The notes: generated by a model from the letters alone, not told the origin. DNA of 64,000 nt from Gekko japonicus (GCF_001447785.1 NW_015163636.1:127551-191550); one strand, 5' to 3'; shown: positions 1 through 14,185, counted from the stretch's first letter. Numbers and translations: made by a program.

Positions 1-1444
1 AATCACACCCAGACATTCAGCCCGCCAAAACCTACGGTGCCCCAGCAGCCCTCCTCCAACATCTGCAAGCCTACGATTATATTATCTAGCAGTGTCTGGT
101 ACTCAAGGCTAAGCAGGCATAATTCCCACCATGGGGAGGCCCGCAATAGATGCAGTTACAAGCCATCACTATTCCCAGCAAAGCAGTTACAGGCACTCAC
201 CCACACCCACACACCCTTTTGTTCCCAGCAGGGATGAAACAGGACTGAAACATAGCAGCAGGAATGAAACATGGCATTACAAAGGGTCACCAAAGGCAGA
301 CAGTGAAGAGATATAGACAGATATATGACAAACAAGGCCCGAGTTTGACACTGGGTTGGTACAATCCTTCAGGAAAGATTGCAGTCTAGATCGTTTGTGG
401 GCTATGTAGATGGGAAGGTGAGATTTTTGAACATTTTGCCCACATCAGCGTCATTTTCTTTCCCCAGGTCCACCAATTACCAGTTTTAAGCTACAGCAAT
501 ATACCAGTTGCCAAATGTAATTAACATCTTACTGTAGTTTAAAATTGGTAATTGACATATTGTTGTAATTTAACATTAATGGTAATTGCCTGTTTTTTCC
601 TAAGGGTGGAAATAACCCTCCAGTGACATGGGGAGAAGGGAATTTTGGCTGAAGGGGGCTGATGAGACAAGGAAAGTGAAGAGAAAATGACTGCATGGAT
701 GTTCTATTTCCACTGCAAATGCATTCACAGTAGCTACAGAGGGATTCCAGAAAGTTGTTGTTGTGTAGGTGCAGCCTCAGATTCCAAGCTGAGACTGTTA
801 TTGACCATGTGTTTTATCTTAACTCCCGCAGTTCTTAACACCAGCGAAGCCCTGTGGTAGGGAAATCTTTTGGCACATCCTCTAGGATTGTGAGAAGCTC
901 TGATTGCAATGCAGCTTGAAAGAGAATGTGTTTTTCCACCTAAAAATATTCTGCTGTAGGTTGATACATGCTCCTTAATACTGCTTCTTTTTTCCAAACC
1001 ATAAGTTGCATAATGGCAGGTATTACAAGGTGGGCTCTTTGTACTTCATCAAGCCCATCTGGATATTCAATCCATTTTAGTCGTTAAGCCAACCTTAAAC
1101 ACGTTTAATCTGTAATGGTTTCAGATGACACAGGTCTACATCTTTGGAGATCTGCCATGTAGTTCAGTGGAGGATACTGGCGACAGATCATGTCAAAACA
1201 GGGGTCCTGTGAGGGGGAAGATATTACAAGCAGAACTAATACCAAACAATGGAGTTTATGAAGGATTAGCAGAGTGCTCAAGGCACATAACGCAGCAGAG
1301 TCTATCTGGTTTGTGTGTGCTGACAAAAACAAAGTTACAGATGGAGCCTCTTTATCTTTGCAAAACTAATAGGAGTCCTTTATTGTAAGGAACTCCATTC
1401 TAAACAGGATAGACTAGAGAGGATTCTAATCTAGTCTAACTAGC

Positions 1445-1843
1445 TAGGATGGATAGAGATGCAGAAAGCATGGCTGTGGTCACACACACTAAATAATCTA
1501 CTTTCAATGCACTTTCCAACTGAATTGTGCCAGTTCACACAGTAAAATCCAGTTGGAAAGTGAACTGAAAGTAGATTCAAAGTGGATTATGTAGTGTATG
1601 TGATCGCAGCCCATGTCCTGCCCTCATGTTGCCAAGATGGGGAAGCATACCATAGTGTGGAGAGAAGGTGTCAGGCCAGAAGAAATATTCCCTGAGAGTA
1701 GCAACCTACACATCAAAGGGATAGTATCAGAGCAGTAGAAGGGAAGGATGATCAGGGTCCTGGCCTATCTATCTCTCTGACTCTCTATAGTCCCACTCTG
1801 AAGTCTGAGGCTAAGAGACAGCGCAGTGTCCTTCACTTCCAGC
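1445..1843. repeat. Dispersed LTR-like repeat shared with ~17125-17652
   Basis: Clear homology between the copies (gagtagca...ggtcctg.cctatctatc.ctctgact...agtctgaggctaagagacag). Each copy is interrupted by a different younger element. Confidence 0.55.
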
Positions 1844-4800
1844 AGTTAAAACCTTATTGGGTCAAACACTGGCTTTAGATCACAAAAGAGGAGGATTTTT
1901 GTAGTTAATACAAAGTGCAGGGCACCAACATAATACATGCTATTAGAGAATTAATCTTGGATTGGATCCTACCAGCGCTTCCACTGACCTGATTCCACTC
2001 CTCACTGCAGTGTGGTTTTTGTCCACACAGCTCCCATGATCCTTGGCATAGCCTTTTTGGTGGCCAGAAGCACCATCTCTTTTATCAGCAGAATAGCTTG
2101 TATGATCCAACCCCTTGTTACTTAAGATTGACATATTCTATATCTCATTTCCACAAATATCTGATTGCTGAACTGCAGTAGGTGGACATAGTAATGCACT
2201 TTCTATAGGATTTGTTCTCTAAAGTTGATTGGCAAATATGGAAGAGTCCTTGGGGGGAAATCTTGACAGCTAAATATAGAAAGTCATTAATACTGTAATT
2301 TCTATGACCCTTTTAGTCCTATAAAGTTTTTCAATAAATCTGATTCCATTCAGCCTATTAATAATTGTATATAAGAAGAAGTTTGTTTCTATTCCCTTTT
2401 ACAAAGAGCAAGCTAAGTCTGTATAGTAGCAACTTAGCCTTGACCAACTACTAAAAAGTTTATGGCTGCACTGGGATTTGAGTTCAAGTTCTACAGTCAG
2501 AGTGCCAGACTTCAAATGCTGCCCATGTGTTGAAAAGCCGAGACATTGGGGCCATTCTTGTTTTGTTCAATTGTTTCCAAGCATTTTACAATTTCGGATT
2601 AATTTCTATCATAAAGAGGGCTAGCAGCTTAATGGGTTGGAGCCAAACCATAAAATTTAATCTGAAAATATCTTTCCACTCTTGAATGGTGTCTTTCACT
2701 GATGGAAGCAATCCATCCATGGGCAGAATTATTCCTTTTATGAATGGCAGGGGGCCTTTGGATCCAACCCAACATTTTAGATCTAACCTACTGTTTCCTT
2801 GAGACAGTAAACTGTGATTCTTAAGAGTCTGGCATTAAGAATCCATGGACCACACAAAGATTCCTCTGGGCTGGACGTATCTCTTGAATTTATGTTTCCA
2901 GCACTGTGTTTATAGAAGGGTTGAATCATAGTGTTGCAGTGATCGTATAGTTTTGCTCAAGCAGTTGGTTAGACCTCATTTGGATTAGTTTGGTAAAATA
3001 ACAAAAAGGATTTTGTAAGCTGCCACCGGGTCCAGTTCTTCCTTTTGACTGCATGTAAGCAGATCTTAATTTTAGGCTTTTAATTTTTTTTTGGTTATTT
3101 AAAGTACAAACCCTGCTTTTAATAACTAATATTTAATTGATCATAGCAGATTAAAAAGAGTTCCCATAGTATACTAGCTTTTTCCCCTTCAGAGGTATTA
3201 CATTTATGAGTGGGTAGGGAAGAATTCCATAGCTGTGATATAATTTTTTAAAAACCCATGTGATTTTGTTTTTTGTAAAGGAAACGGCTTCTGAAAGCTT
3301 TATATAAACACCCAGTTGCTCTTTTTCCTTTCTTTACCCCCCCCCCCCCCCCCCCCCCCCGCCCCTTCAGCTGCCTACCACAGCATTTTTCCCTCAGTCC
3401 TCTTGAGCCTCTGGGCCTGTGTTGCTTTGAGGTTTGCTCCACGTAGTCCCAAACTGTGACTCATCACCCCTCTGTTTAGTTAAGGGCAATTCCAGACTGT
3501 ACAAACTTAAGAGGGGGATAAATTCACAGCGAGCAAATAAATCTAGAAAGATCATTGACTCAATCTGTTACCGATTTCTGTGCTTGCTGTGATTTTATTC
3601 CCCAGTTTAGTTCAGCAGCTTATATAGATGCAATAATTTATATTGCCTTTCCTTAAAGGAATTTAGTACCACCTGCGTTGACCAGGGTTGTGCTTCAAAA
3701 TTAAACTATTGTTATTTTCATAGTAACCCTGTGAGGTCAGGCTGAAAGATACCAATTTGTTAAAGCTTCCCATGCAGTGGTGGCTCCAGAGGTGAAGCTG
3801 GGAGAAAAAACACCTGACCCATTGCCAGGCTGTGGATAACATGTATTCTAGTTTTCTGAGAAATGGCCTCCATAACAGAGCTGGGAAAGAAGTAGAAACT
3901 GAACCACCAAAAGCTGAGGAAGGTGGGTGTTGGCTGGGAGGGAAAGTTAAGCATTATAGGTAAGCAGATAGAAGAAAATTCCTTAGAGGTCAGTTGGGTG
4001 TCTCTGGAAGCAGAGCCAGGAAGCAGCAGAAAGAAACTCCTTTTTCTGCTGGCTGAGGAAGANNNNNNNNNNNNNNNNNNNNNNNNNNNNNNNNNNNNNN
4101 NNNNNNNNNNNNNNNNATCTGAACCCAAGTCTCCCAAGGAATTTTTTAAAAAATTCCTATCATAACTGAGGTTACTAACTGGCCAGGAAAACAATGTCTT
4201 ATCCCTTTAACAGAGGTTTAATTAGTTCCCCTTGCCTTTCTCCTTCAGTGGGGGGGAAGTCATCCAGGAATATTCTTATTTGAAGGAACCTATAATCCTT
4301 TCATCTTTTCTGCATAGGATTAGGATTGAATCAAGGATTAGGATTGAAAAATTCCTCTCTGTAATATTTCTGGTTCTACTAGAGTTGCCACACCCCTGGT
4401 CGGGGCAGGGGATCCCCCAATTTCTGGGGCCCCAATCCGCCACCGGCCAGTGGGAAAAGTAAGACCTGGCAATCCTAGGTTCCACCAAGAGACATAATAC
4501 ATTTATAAAAACCAATCATAAAGTGCTAGTGTGCAATGTATATACATGCTTGTTTTTTCTTTATTTCTTCACAAGACCTATGGCCAAGCTACATGCAGGG
4601 CACATTCGGGAGGGGACACCACCTTTGTGGGGCCCCTTGTGGCTACGGGCCTGCCACATGCTGTGTTTGGTGGGAGCCTGATTCAGTTTGGAACTGCGGT
4701 GTGGAGTGGTAGGGGCTCCTGCCTTCACCCTGTGCCATTTTGCTGAGCTGAAATGGCCTCAACAGGGACAGCTCCAAAGTTATGCAAATAACTCACTGTT

Positions 4801-4997
4801 TTTCTCCCCTGACTTTAGTCAGAAAAGAAAAATTTAGACTCCTCATGCTACACTGAAGACTGCAGCTAAAATCTTCCAAAGCATTGGGACTGACTTGTTT
4901 GCAGTGATTTGTTTTTTAAAGTCTATTTGAGATGTATTTTACAATAGTGTTATGTTCTGGCCAATTGCTATTCTGAACAAACTATTTCTCTTCCTAG

Positions 4998-5209
4998 AAT
5001 ATAAATATCCAGGTGGAAGACGTCAGAATCCAACCCGTCCTGAGTTCCTCCCGCAAGCGTTTGCCCATCACTGAAGGGTATGTGGAAGTAAAAGAAGGCG
5101 GCGTCTGGAAACAGATCTGTGACAGAAACTGGAACACAAAAAATTCCCGAGTCATCTGTGGCATGTTTGGGTTTCCAGGCGAGAAGAAATACAACGTCAA
5201 TGCCTACAG
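4998..5209 (+). CDS. LOXL2: LOXL2-type coding exon (equivalent to human exon 4), N-terminal half of SRCR2
   Basis: ttcctag|AAT acceptor and AG|gtaag donor, 212 nt. Translates NINIQVEDVRIQPVLSSSRKRLPITEGYVEVKEGGVWKQICDRNWNTKNSRVICGMFGFPGEKKYNVNAYR, matching the LOXL2 SRCR2 pattern (NIQVEDxRI, EGYVEVKEG, WKQICD, CGMFGFP). Confidence 0.95.
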
Positions 5210-6459
5210 GTAAGAAGGATGCTTTAAAAGGGTTGGTCATGTTCTTCAACCTTAAGGGCTTATCATGTTTCTTAAATACAGAGAGCTCTTTTCAGAAATG
5301 TAGGTTTCCAGACTCAGGCTGGAAAAAGCTTCAATGGGGTTTTTCTGTCAGTGTATAAAATGCTTCATTTCTTTTGCTCAGGTTTACTTCCCTGTAAATT
5401 GTATTGGACACCAGTTCAAACCACATTTTTCGACTCTGGGCCAATTCATGCATGGAGCATAAGCATGTAGCAACAGCCTCTTGGGAGTGGGCTATTTTAG
5501 ACTCCAGACCAGGGATCATGTTTTTGAATGCTGCCTTGCATAAAAATGTGCCCTGCGTTTGGAGAGCTGGAATACCCAGAGGGAGAGCTTCTCCCTCATG
5601 TGCTGTAAAACTTTGAGTATATGTAGCTACCTTATATCATAAGAACATAAGAGACACCAATGTTGGATCAGGCCAAAGGCCCATCCAGTCCAACACTCTG
5701 TATCACACAGTGGCCAGAAATACCAGTGCCATCAGGAGGTCCACCAGTGGGGCAGGGCTCTGGCCAACCTAGCCCAGAATTTGTCTGCTGTGACTGGCAG
5801 CTGCTCTCTGTCAGAGAAAAGTCTTTCCCAACCACTACTACTTGAGATCCTTTCACTCAAGGTGCCAGGGGTTGAATCTGAGACCCTTTGCCTGCAAACA
5901 ATGCATTTACTACCTTGAGCCAAGGGCTGCAGTCACACGGGCAGTTTGTAGTGAAATAGTAGCATTACCCATATGCAGGGGTCATTTCCTGCAGGAGCGC
6001 ACAGGAACGGAGCTCTGGCAGTAAAGAGCCCAGGGGGCGGGCACATGGAACAAGCCCCACCCCCTGCTCCCAGCAGCCCTCAGTCAGAGCAAGAAGCAGG
6101 ATTAAAAGAGCACAACCAGACGAGAACATCTGCCTTCCATATGGCAGTCATCAGCATCCAGCGATGCCCCACTGTGGATCGGAATAATTAGGCACCAGGG
6201 AAAGTCCAGTATTAACGGGTGCTTGCGTTCCCACTCCACATTTCCAGATGTTTCAACGGTGTTGTGATGAACGGAAGCCGGAAGGGAAGGGTGCACACTA
6301 GAGCCATTTTGCTGAGCTGACTGTGTGCATAAGCACATATGCGCATGCGCAACCGGGTTACAAAAAACTCACGGGGCACCGTGCTCTGTGGTTGCCACGC
6401 ATCTACTGTCTGGATGCTTGACCATAGGACACAAGCCCAGGGAGACCACCGCAAGAGGT

Positions 6460-9400
6460 ACTGTCTGATCTCCCCTTCCTGCTATTACTTGTTCCGGTGC
6501 AAAGAGCAGCACCTGTGCCGCGCCAAGCCACCAATGTGACCCCAGCCATAGTCTTTTCCCCTAAGCGAGTGCACTGGTGAGGCTTAGACTCACAACGTCC
6601 ACATTGTAGGTACCAGGAAGAATATGTACTGGCTTTAAAAGTACTGAAAAATGGCATTGAATATGCAGGAAAGTTTTTACATGGACGGTGAGCATTCCAA
6701 CAGGCCAGCCCTCTCCTGGAATCAGTGCAGTGTAGTCACTGTAGTGTATTGACTAGTGTGTTGGAAGGGGTCCGGAAAGACCCATGAATTTCATTGGTCT
6801 CATGACAGTCGCTAGCCTACCTCACAATGTTGCTATATGGAGAAACAAAAGGAAAGGAGAACCACGTACACCTCCCTGAGCTCTTTGAAAGCAGTACAAA
6901 TGAGATACAGCCCTGGAAGCATTCTACTTTGTGATTTATTTTAAAAGATCAGCCCTCAGTGAGAACAGAAGAGGAGCTAAAACAAATTACTCACCAGTTA
7001 AATCACAATACTGGATTGTTACTTGATCCATTTTACCTTGGTCCAGCCAGGATCTGAGCAACAGCTTGCAAGAAAAGATATAGCAGATATGTTTTGTTTC
7101 TCGCTAATGATCGGAACAGGGTTTCCCCGCTGCCGCCACCATTTACCATAAATAAGGCCTTGAAACAGCTGCAGCTTAGCTCATGTTGAGAAACAGTTTG
7201 GATTTTTTTGTTGTTGTCTTACCCTGATCTATGGAGCAAACTGCAGAAGGAGGCCTGAAGGCACAATGCTTGTGGTTTTTAGCTTGTTCTTCTGGCTCGC
7301 CTGTAGGGATGTTTCCCAAGGTCCCTGTCTGCAGGATTTCACTGGCTGTGTTTCATGTTTTTCGTTAGTAAGCTAATGACCAAACAAAACAGCTAATGGA
7401 TTAGAATCATGCAAAAGCACATTCAGTACAGGGGTTTTTTTTTAAGTCCAGAGAAATTTTTTTGTTTCATTTTGTTTTTGCCAGCATCAGTAAATAAGTG
7501 TTTCCAGGTGGACTCTGCATTGTGTTCTCTACATGGGGACAAAAGATCACATGCTTACAGCAAAGTTCTTTCTTTGCCTCTCTGGACCTCTGAAAGCCAC
7601 TGCCTGATGTTCACTGCTAAAGAATTTGCCACAATAAGGGCTAAGAGATTTCTCCATATGAACTCCCTTCTGTATGCTGTATGACAGGCTCCTCTCATTT
7701 GCTTTGGTGACCTGCCAACATATACCTGGTCATCCTGCTCTATCTAGAATTTTATCCTATGTGGCTGTGTTCCGTATACACAGACATCTTAAGGCAGTGG
7801 TTTTCATACCAGGGGGATTCTCTGATCAGCAACCTGGACAATCTTTTCCCCTTTAAATGGTCCAGCACAGCTGGTGAGTTAGTGCATAACTATCCCCCAT
7901 AGAGCAGTAAAGTAAAGGGAATCTTCCCTGTCCTTAGTTGTAGGTGGCATTCTACTCCACTGAGGTCCTGCCACTCCCCAGGCTCCACCCCCAAAATCCC
8001 CCCCTCCCCGATCATTGCTCAGTGGCACCAGCTGAGGCTCCACCTACACATTACCAGGGGTCGTTTTGTAGAAAAAGAGCTAGGGGAATTCATTAGCATA
8101 ACTCATTAGCATATGCCACACCCCCTGACATCACCAGAAGTGTGTCATAAGGACGTGTGTCATAAGGCCACACCCACCACTCAGTCTTAGTCTTAAAGGT
8201 TAGTCTTAAAGGTGCTATTTGTTAATCTTAAAGGTGCTATTTGAACTCTTGGACTATTTTGTAGCAACAGACNNNNNNNNNNNNNNNNNNNNNNNNNNNN
8301 NNNNNNNNNNNNNNNNACTGTCTGATCTCCCCTTCCTGCTATTACTTGTTCCGGTGCAAAGAGCAGCACCTGTGCCGCGCCAAGCCACCAATGTGACCCC
8401 AGCCATAGTCTTTTCCCCTAAGCGAGTGCACTGGTGAGGCTTAGACTCACAACTTCCACATTGTAGGTACCAGGAAGAATATGTACTGGCTTTAAAAGTA
8501 CTGAAAAATGGCATTGAATATGCAGGAAAGTTTTTACATGGACGGTGAGCATTCCAACAGGCCAGCCCCCTCCTGGAATCAGTGCAGTGTAGTCACTGTA
8601 GTGTATTGACTAGTGTGTTGGAAGGGGTCTGGAAAGACCCATGAATTTCATTGGTCTCATGACAGTCGCTAGCCTACCTCACAATGTTGCTATATGGAGA
8701 AACAAAAGGAAAGGAGAACCACGTACACCTCCCTGAGCTCTTTGAAAGCAGTACAAATGAGATACAGCCCTGGAAGCATTCTACTTTGTGATTTATTTTA
8801 AAAGATCAGCCCTCAGTGAGAACAGAAGAGGAGCTAAAACAAATTACTCACCAGTTAAATCACAATACTGGATTGTTACTTGATCCATTTTACCTTGGTC
8901 CAGCCAGGATCTGAGCAACAGCTTGCAAGAAAAGATATAGCAGATATGTTTTGTTTCTCGCTAATGATCGGAACAGGGTTTCCCCGCTGCCGCCACCATT
9001 TACCATAAATAAGGCCTTGAAACAGCTGCAGCTTAGCTCATGTTGAGAAACAGTTTGGATTTTTTTGTTGTTGTCTTACCCTGATCTATGGAGCAAACTG
9101 CAGAAGGAGGCCTGAAGGCACAATGCTTGTGGTTTTTAGCTTGTTCTTCTGGCTCGCCCGTAGGGATGTTTCCCAAGGTCCCTGTCTGCAGGATTTCACT
9201 GGCTGTGTTTCATGTTTTTCGTTAGTAAGCTAATGACCAAACAAAACAGCTAATGGATTAGAATCATGCAAAAGCACATTCAGTACAGGGGTTTTTTTTT
9301 AAGTCCAGAGAAATTTTTTTGTTTCATTTTGTTTTTGCCAGCATCAGTAAATAAGTGTTTCCAGGTGGACTCTGCATTGTGTTCTCTACATGGGGACAAA

Positions 9401-9911
9401 AGATCACATGCTTACAGCAAAGTTCTTTCTTTGCCTCTCTGGACCTCTGAAAGCCACTGCCTGATGTTCACTGCTAAAGAATTTGCCACAATACGGGCTA
9501 AGAGATTTCTCCATGTGAACTCCCTCCTGTATGCTGTATGACAGGCTCCTCTCATTTGCTTTGGTGACCTGCCAACATATATCTGGTCATCCTGCTCTAT
9601 CTAGAATTTTATCCTATGTGGCTGTGTTCCGTATACACAGACATCTTAAGGCAGTGGTTTTCATACCAGGGGGATTCTCTGATCAGCAACCTGGACAATC
9701 TTTTCCCCTTTAAATGGTCCAGCACAGCTGGTGAGTTAGTGCATAACTATCCCCCATAGAGCAGTAAAGTAAAGGGAATCTTCCCTGTCCTTATTTGTAG
9801 GTGGCATTCTACTCCACTGAGGTCCTGCCACTCCCCAGGCTCCACCCCCCAAATCCCCCCCTCCCCGATCATTGCTCAGTGGCACCAGCTGAGGCGCCAC
9901 CTACACATTAC
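6460..9911 (+). repeat. 1.6-kb direct duplication (6460-8054 / 8317-9911) flanking an assembly gap; probably two haplotypes
   Basis: Constant offset of 1857, about 11 substitutions by eye, and the second copy starts exactly at the end of the N run. Confidence 0.9.
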
Positions 9912-9929
9912 AAAGTCTTCATGCTTGTT

Positions 9930-10297
9930 GGAGATTTTGTATCACATGCAGGATGGGAGTTTTGTGCCTCCCGGATGCACCCTGATTCTTTTCTGTTTAC
10001 AACCACAGCATGCAGGGAGAAGTAGCCTCACCACCATCACACTGTTCTCACATCCTCACACTGCCCCGTGGAAACACTGTTGGCTTGGTTGTGAAAATCA
10101 TGTGTAGCCACATACGTAATGTGATTTTTATCACAAAGCCAATAGTGGTTCCGTAGGGCGGTTTGAAAATGCAAAAACAGTGGGGGTGGAGAGAGACTAT
10201 AAGTACTTCTCCCTGTGTGCTGTGGTTGCAAACAGAAAAGAGTCCGTGTGTGTCTGGGAGGCACGAAATTCCCATTGTATGTGTAGTAACAAGTCCT
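9930..10297. mobile_element. Degenerate palindromic MITE
   Basis: Arms are reverse complements over ~170 bp, e.g. ttttgtgcctcccggatgcac versus gtgtgtctgggaggcacgaaa. Confidence 0.65.
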
Positions 10298-12280
10298 AGG
10301 TTTGCTCCCCGACAAGCACCAGGACTTTGTAGGGTTGCTACCCTCCAGGTAGAACCTGGAGTTCTCCTTGAAGTCCAGCCAGTCTTCCGATAACAGGGAT
10401 CAGTTTGCCTGAAGAAAATGGCAGCTGCAGAGGGTAGATTCTACAGCATCACGTCACTACTGAGCTCCGTCTCCGTGGGCACCACCCCTAAATCTCGAGG
10501 CACCACTCCTAAATTTCCTAAGCTGGAGGTGGCAACTCTTGGGCATTGTAATGTGTAGATGGAGCCTTTACTCCTTCCTTCTCCCCACCTTACCAGTTAC
10601 ACTGACTGCCTTAAAGGGAAAAAAGCTAAAGTAGATTCCCTTGTTCTATCTTGGGCGTTCTATAGTGAGAAGATTGGTAGTGGTGGAGGATAATTAGCGT
10701 GTTCTTTTTTAAAAATGGTCTTCCCCACAATGGGTGTGTTTAGGCTTCACTTTCAGTCCATGCGGGTTAGCAGCAACAAGCCTGGTCAATGTGCCATGTG
10801 TCTGTGTAAACTAAAGCATGACTCAACATCTTCTGCAATGTGCTGTACAGTTGCTTGGCAGATATGGAGGTGCGCTCTGACCCCAGAAGGCTTGAGAACG
10901 ACTTCAAGAAGGGAGCTTGGCACTGGTTTCCATCAGGGCAGCTGAACTAAATGTTTCCCTGCAGTTTCCAGGTCACAGGAGGAACCTAAATCTTTCTGTT
11001 TTGAGTTCTGATCAGTGCAGTCCTAAACAGAGTTGAACCTGTCTAAATCCATTTGACTTAGATTAGATAACACCATCACTACACTGATAGATTTGTACTT
11101 TATATGTTGTCGATAACCAGCAGTACCTTCTTTCTCAAATGGTGTTCCATAATACACTCATTTTATGGCTTCAAATGCTGCCTTAAAGGGAAAGCTAACA
11201 AAACTCCAGTGAAAGTTCTCACTGGTCATTTGGATCTAGTCCTTTCTGCACGCAGCTCAGAAGCCCAGTTGGCACATTTCTCATTTCTCTGCTTTCATTT
11301 TGCATAATGTTGTCAATAGCCTTTCCCAAGGGTGGAACCTTCCAGTCCATGATATATTTCACAGCTGGGAACCCAGTTTCCGGACTGGGTTTCTGCTGCA
11401 ATAAACTGACTCTTGTTTTTGCAAAAACAAAAAAAACCCTCTCTTGCCTGCATAACCAAGAAATGTTATCCCCTGCTTCAACCGCAGCTTTTACGTGCTG
11501 AGGTCACCCACGTGAGATGGTAGCGTTCCGCGATGGATGGCGGGAGGTGAAATGATTCCCAGATGGCTCTTTGGTTAAAGCAAACAACTGAGTTCATCGC
11601 CCTTCTTCCTGCCAAACTCTCACTCTGGAATGGCATTTAATTTCTGCCTTTTGACTGTGCAGTTTACGTTAAAAGGAAAGACAAATTAAAAATGCCGTCA
11701 GCTTCCTAGCCTACTGTTTTTCCTGGTCAAACTTTTTCAGGCTTTTTGCTAACTCATTCTAAGCTCCTCACCACCACATAAGCCGTTATCCCCAAAGGAC
11801 CTCTGAGGTCAGCTGGTACTATCCTGGCACACGACATTCTCTGCCATGCCAAGCGACTGTGCTGCCCAGTCCCAAGGGGCATATGCCAAGAGTTCCTGAT
11901 CTATAACCTGAATGGCCAGTGCAAGTAGAAAATTCCTTTTTTATTTCTGTATAGTTTATTATTTTTGTTGGAAGCATACCCAAAATATTATACTATAACT
12001 GACCATTCTGAAATCCTTGTTACTGTATGTGAAGTCTGCAAAGCCTTATCTCAGACCTTCATCTTGAATTGAGTTCTCCTCTTTAACATGTAACTGTACT
12101 ATATGAAAATTGTGCAAACCCTGAAATTTGATTGAAATGTTTGTCATGCTGTCAGCTTTGCTGATTTAGTAGCTTGACGTACACTCCAGTTATGTTGTTT
12201 GGAGAGTTGTAGGCTCCTAATGGTGCAGTCCCTAAGCGGAGGTACACCCTTCCAAGGACTTTGACTTCTGTGGACTGGAC

Positions 12281-12486
12281 CAGTGTTCCCTCTAAGCTGA
12301 GTTAGTGTGAGCTAGCTCACAGGTTTTTAGCCTCTGGCTCACACCTTTTTATCTTAGCTCAGGAAGGATGGATCCAGAGCAAATTAATTTATGCAGTGGC
12401 CAAATCACCTGCTCACAACTTTAATGCCAGTAGCTCACAAGGCAGAATTTTTGCTCACAAGACTCCATAGCTTAGAGGGACCATTG
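12281..12486. mobile_element. hAT MITE
   Basis: TIRs CAGTGTTCCCTCTAAGCT / AGCTTAGAGGGACCATTG and a perfect 8-bp TSD gactggac. Confidence 0.88.
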
Positions 12487-12794
12487 GACTGGACTCAAAC
12501 TAGACATGACTTTTTAACCCAACTCTCATGCCCCACAGCAACCGCAAGGAAATAATTTCCCAAGCACTGCAGGGGCCCAGTTTGGACTATAATCCACAGC
12601 ATGGGGCGAAGGGGCTTCAGCCTTCCCACACATACTGTCCCTCTACCCAAAATGGTTCTAGGGGCATTATTTACCCCATGGGGGGGGGGGACACCAACCC
12701 AACTAATTAAAAAGTCATGTCTAATTTGAACCATAGAAGGGTAGAACTCTGTTTGGCATTTCACTGAAATCCCCATGTGATAGGGATATAATTA

Positions 12795-13102
12795 AGTGCC
12801 TCCAAGTCACAACCAACCTATGGTGACCCCTCATGGGGTTTTCAGGTCAAGAGATGAGCAGATGTAGCCTTCTTTTGCATAGCAACCTTGGTCTTCCTTA
12901 GTGGTCTCCCATCTAAATACCAACCATGGCAACCTCTCATGGGGTTTTCAAGACAAGAGATGAGCAGAGGTGGTTTGTCATTGCCTTCCTCTGCATAGCA
13001 ACCCTTGTTTTTCTTAGTGGTCTCCCATCTGAATACCAACTAGGGCCAGCCCTGCTTAGCGGCCAAGTTCTGACAAGCTTAGGCTAGTCTGGGCTATTCA
13101 GG
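12795..13102 (-). mobile_element. 5S rRNA-derived SINE with an internal tandem duplication
   Basis: The minus strand reads gctaagcagggctggccctagttggtattcagatgggagacc, resembling the 5S internal control region, followed by a gaggaaggcaatgacaaaccacc tail. A unit of ~110-130 bp is repeated. Confidence 0.72.
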
Positions 13103-14185
13103 CTGCTACAAAGTCCCCTATACTTGTATATTTTGAAGATATCCTAGTGTTTGGGAATCCATGTGAGAATAATGCCACATACACTGACACCAGCAAATCA
13201 GCAGCACAGCAGAACCATAGAATTCCACTCTAAGACTGGTAACTGCTCACTTGATGCAGAGTGAGTTTTCCAGGTTCTAGCACAGGTCAGCCTGACATCC
13301 ACCCAAGCATTCAACATAAGTTCGTGTAACTGTCCTGATGCTGCCCATTTAACCTAATTCAAGAGACGCAGTCGGTCAAAAATTTTGCAAGACAAATTAT
13401 TTCTGTGAGTGTGGAGCCAGCCAAAAGCCATGTGTGAACAGGCAATTTGTCACAACTGGATCATTCCTTGTTTCTGAAATCATATCACTCTGGAGAGCAC
13501 AAACCACAAAAAGTAAGGAATTACTTCCAAGCATTATTTCCTTCAGTGGAACTGCAAAAATAAGTGACACTCTGAAATTGCATCTGAGAATCAACAGAGC
13601 TATAATAATGTCAGTTTTAGTTAAAAGGTTGATGATAGGCAGCAACTCTTTTCACTTTCCCGTCACAGAGATTCTTGTTCCTCCAGCAGGTCCTTGATCA
13701 ACTCACACACACCCCTTTGTCAACTATGAACTGTTCTTTGATTTCCTCCTGTAAGGAATCCCATTCCACATCAGCTCCTATGACTGCACATTGCAAGGGA
13801 AGAGTAGTAGTTGTGGGCAAGCTGTCAAGAGAGATTGTCTTCCGTTTCAGATCTTCCCATTGTGGAATCCCAGGATTCCCCACAACCCAATCGAATCTAT
13901 TTGTGCTCCCGCCAGCGTTTAGTTTCTAAAAAGATTTGATTTCAGACAAATATGCCTTTAAGTCCCATTTTCCTCACCTGGAAGCCCTGTTCCCCAATTT
14001 TAGATTTGTGCTGGTGAACTGTTGATGCACCCTAATGTGTGTTGTTACTCCACATACTAACATCACAAACAAGCTCTGGGGCTGAGCTTAAGCTCATATT
14101 AAAACTTATTTTCCATGATCGGCTTTTGCTAATTTTTTTAACACATCAATTACCATTCATTCCCCATTTCTACATCAGGGAATTG

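Noticed and set aside
6460-9911. Real tandem duplication of 91-aa and 60-aa genes
   Set aside because: The copies abut an assembly gap, differ at heterozygosity-like levels, and the ORFs have no coding signature.
11490-11640. HIF/E-box enhancer (TACGTG, CACGTG and FOX-like motifs)
   Set aside because: Plausible for a hypoxia-inducible gene, but short motifs alone cannot be distinguished from chance without conservation or chromatin data.
12795-13102. 5S rRNA gene
   Set aside because: It is too diverged and continues into a LINE-derived tail, so it is a 5S-derived SINE rather than an rRNA gene.
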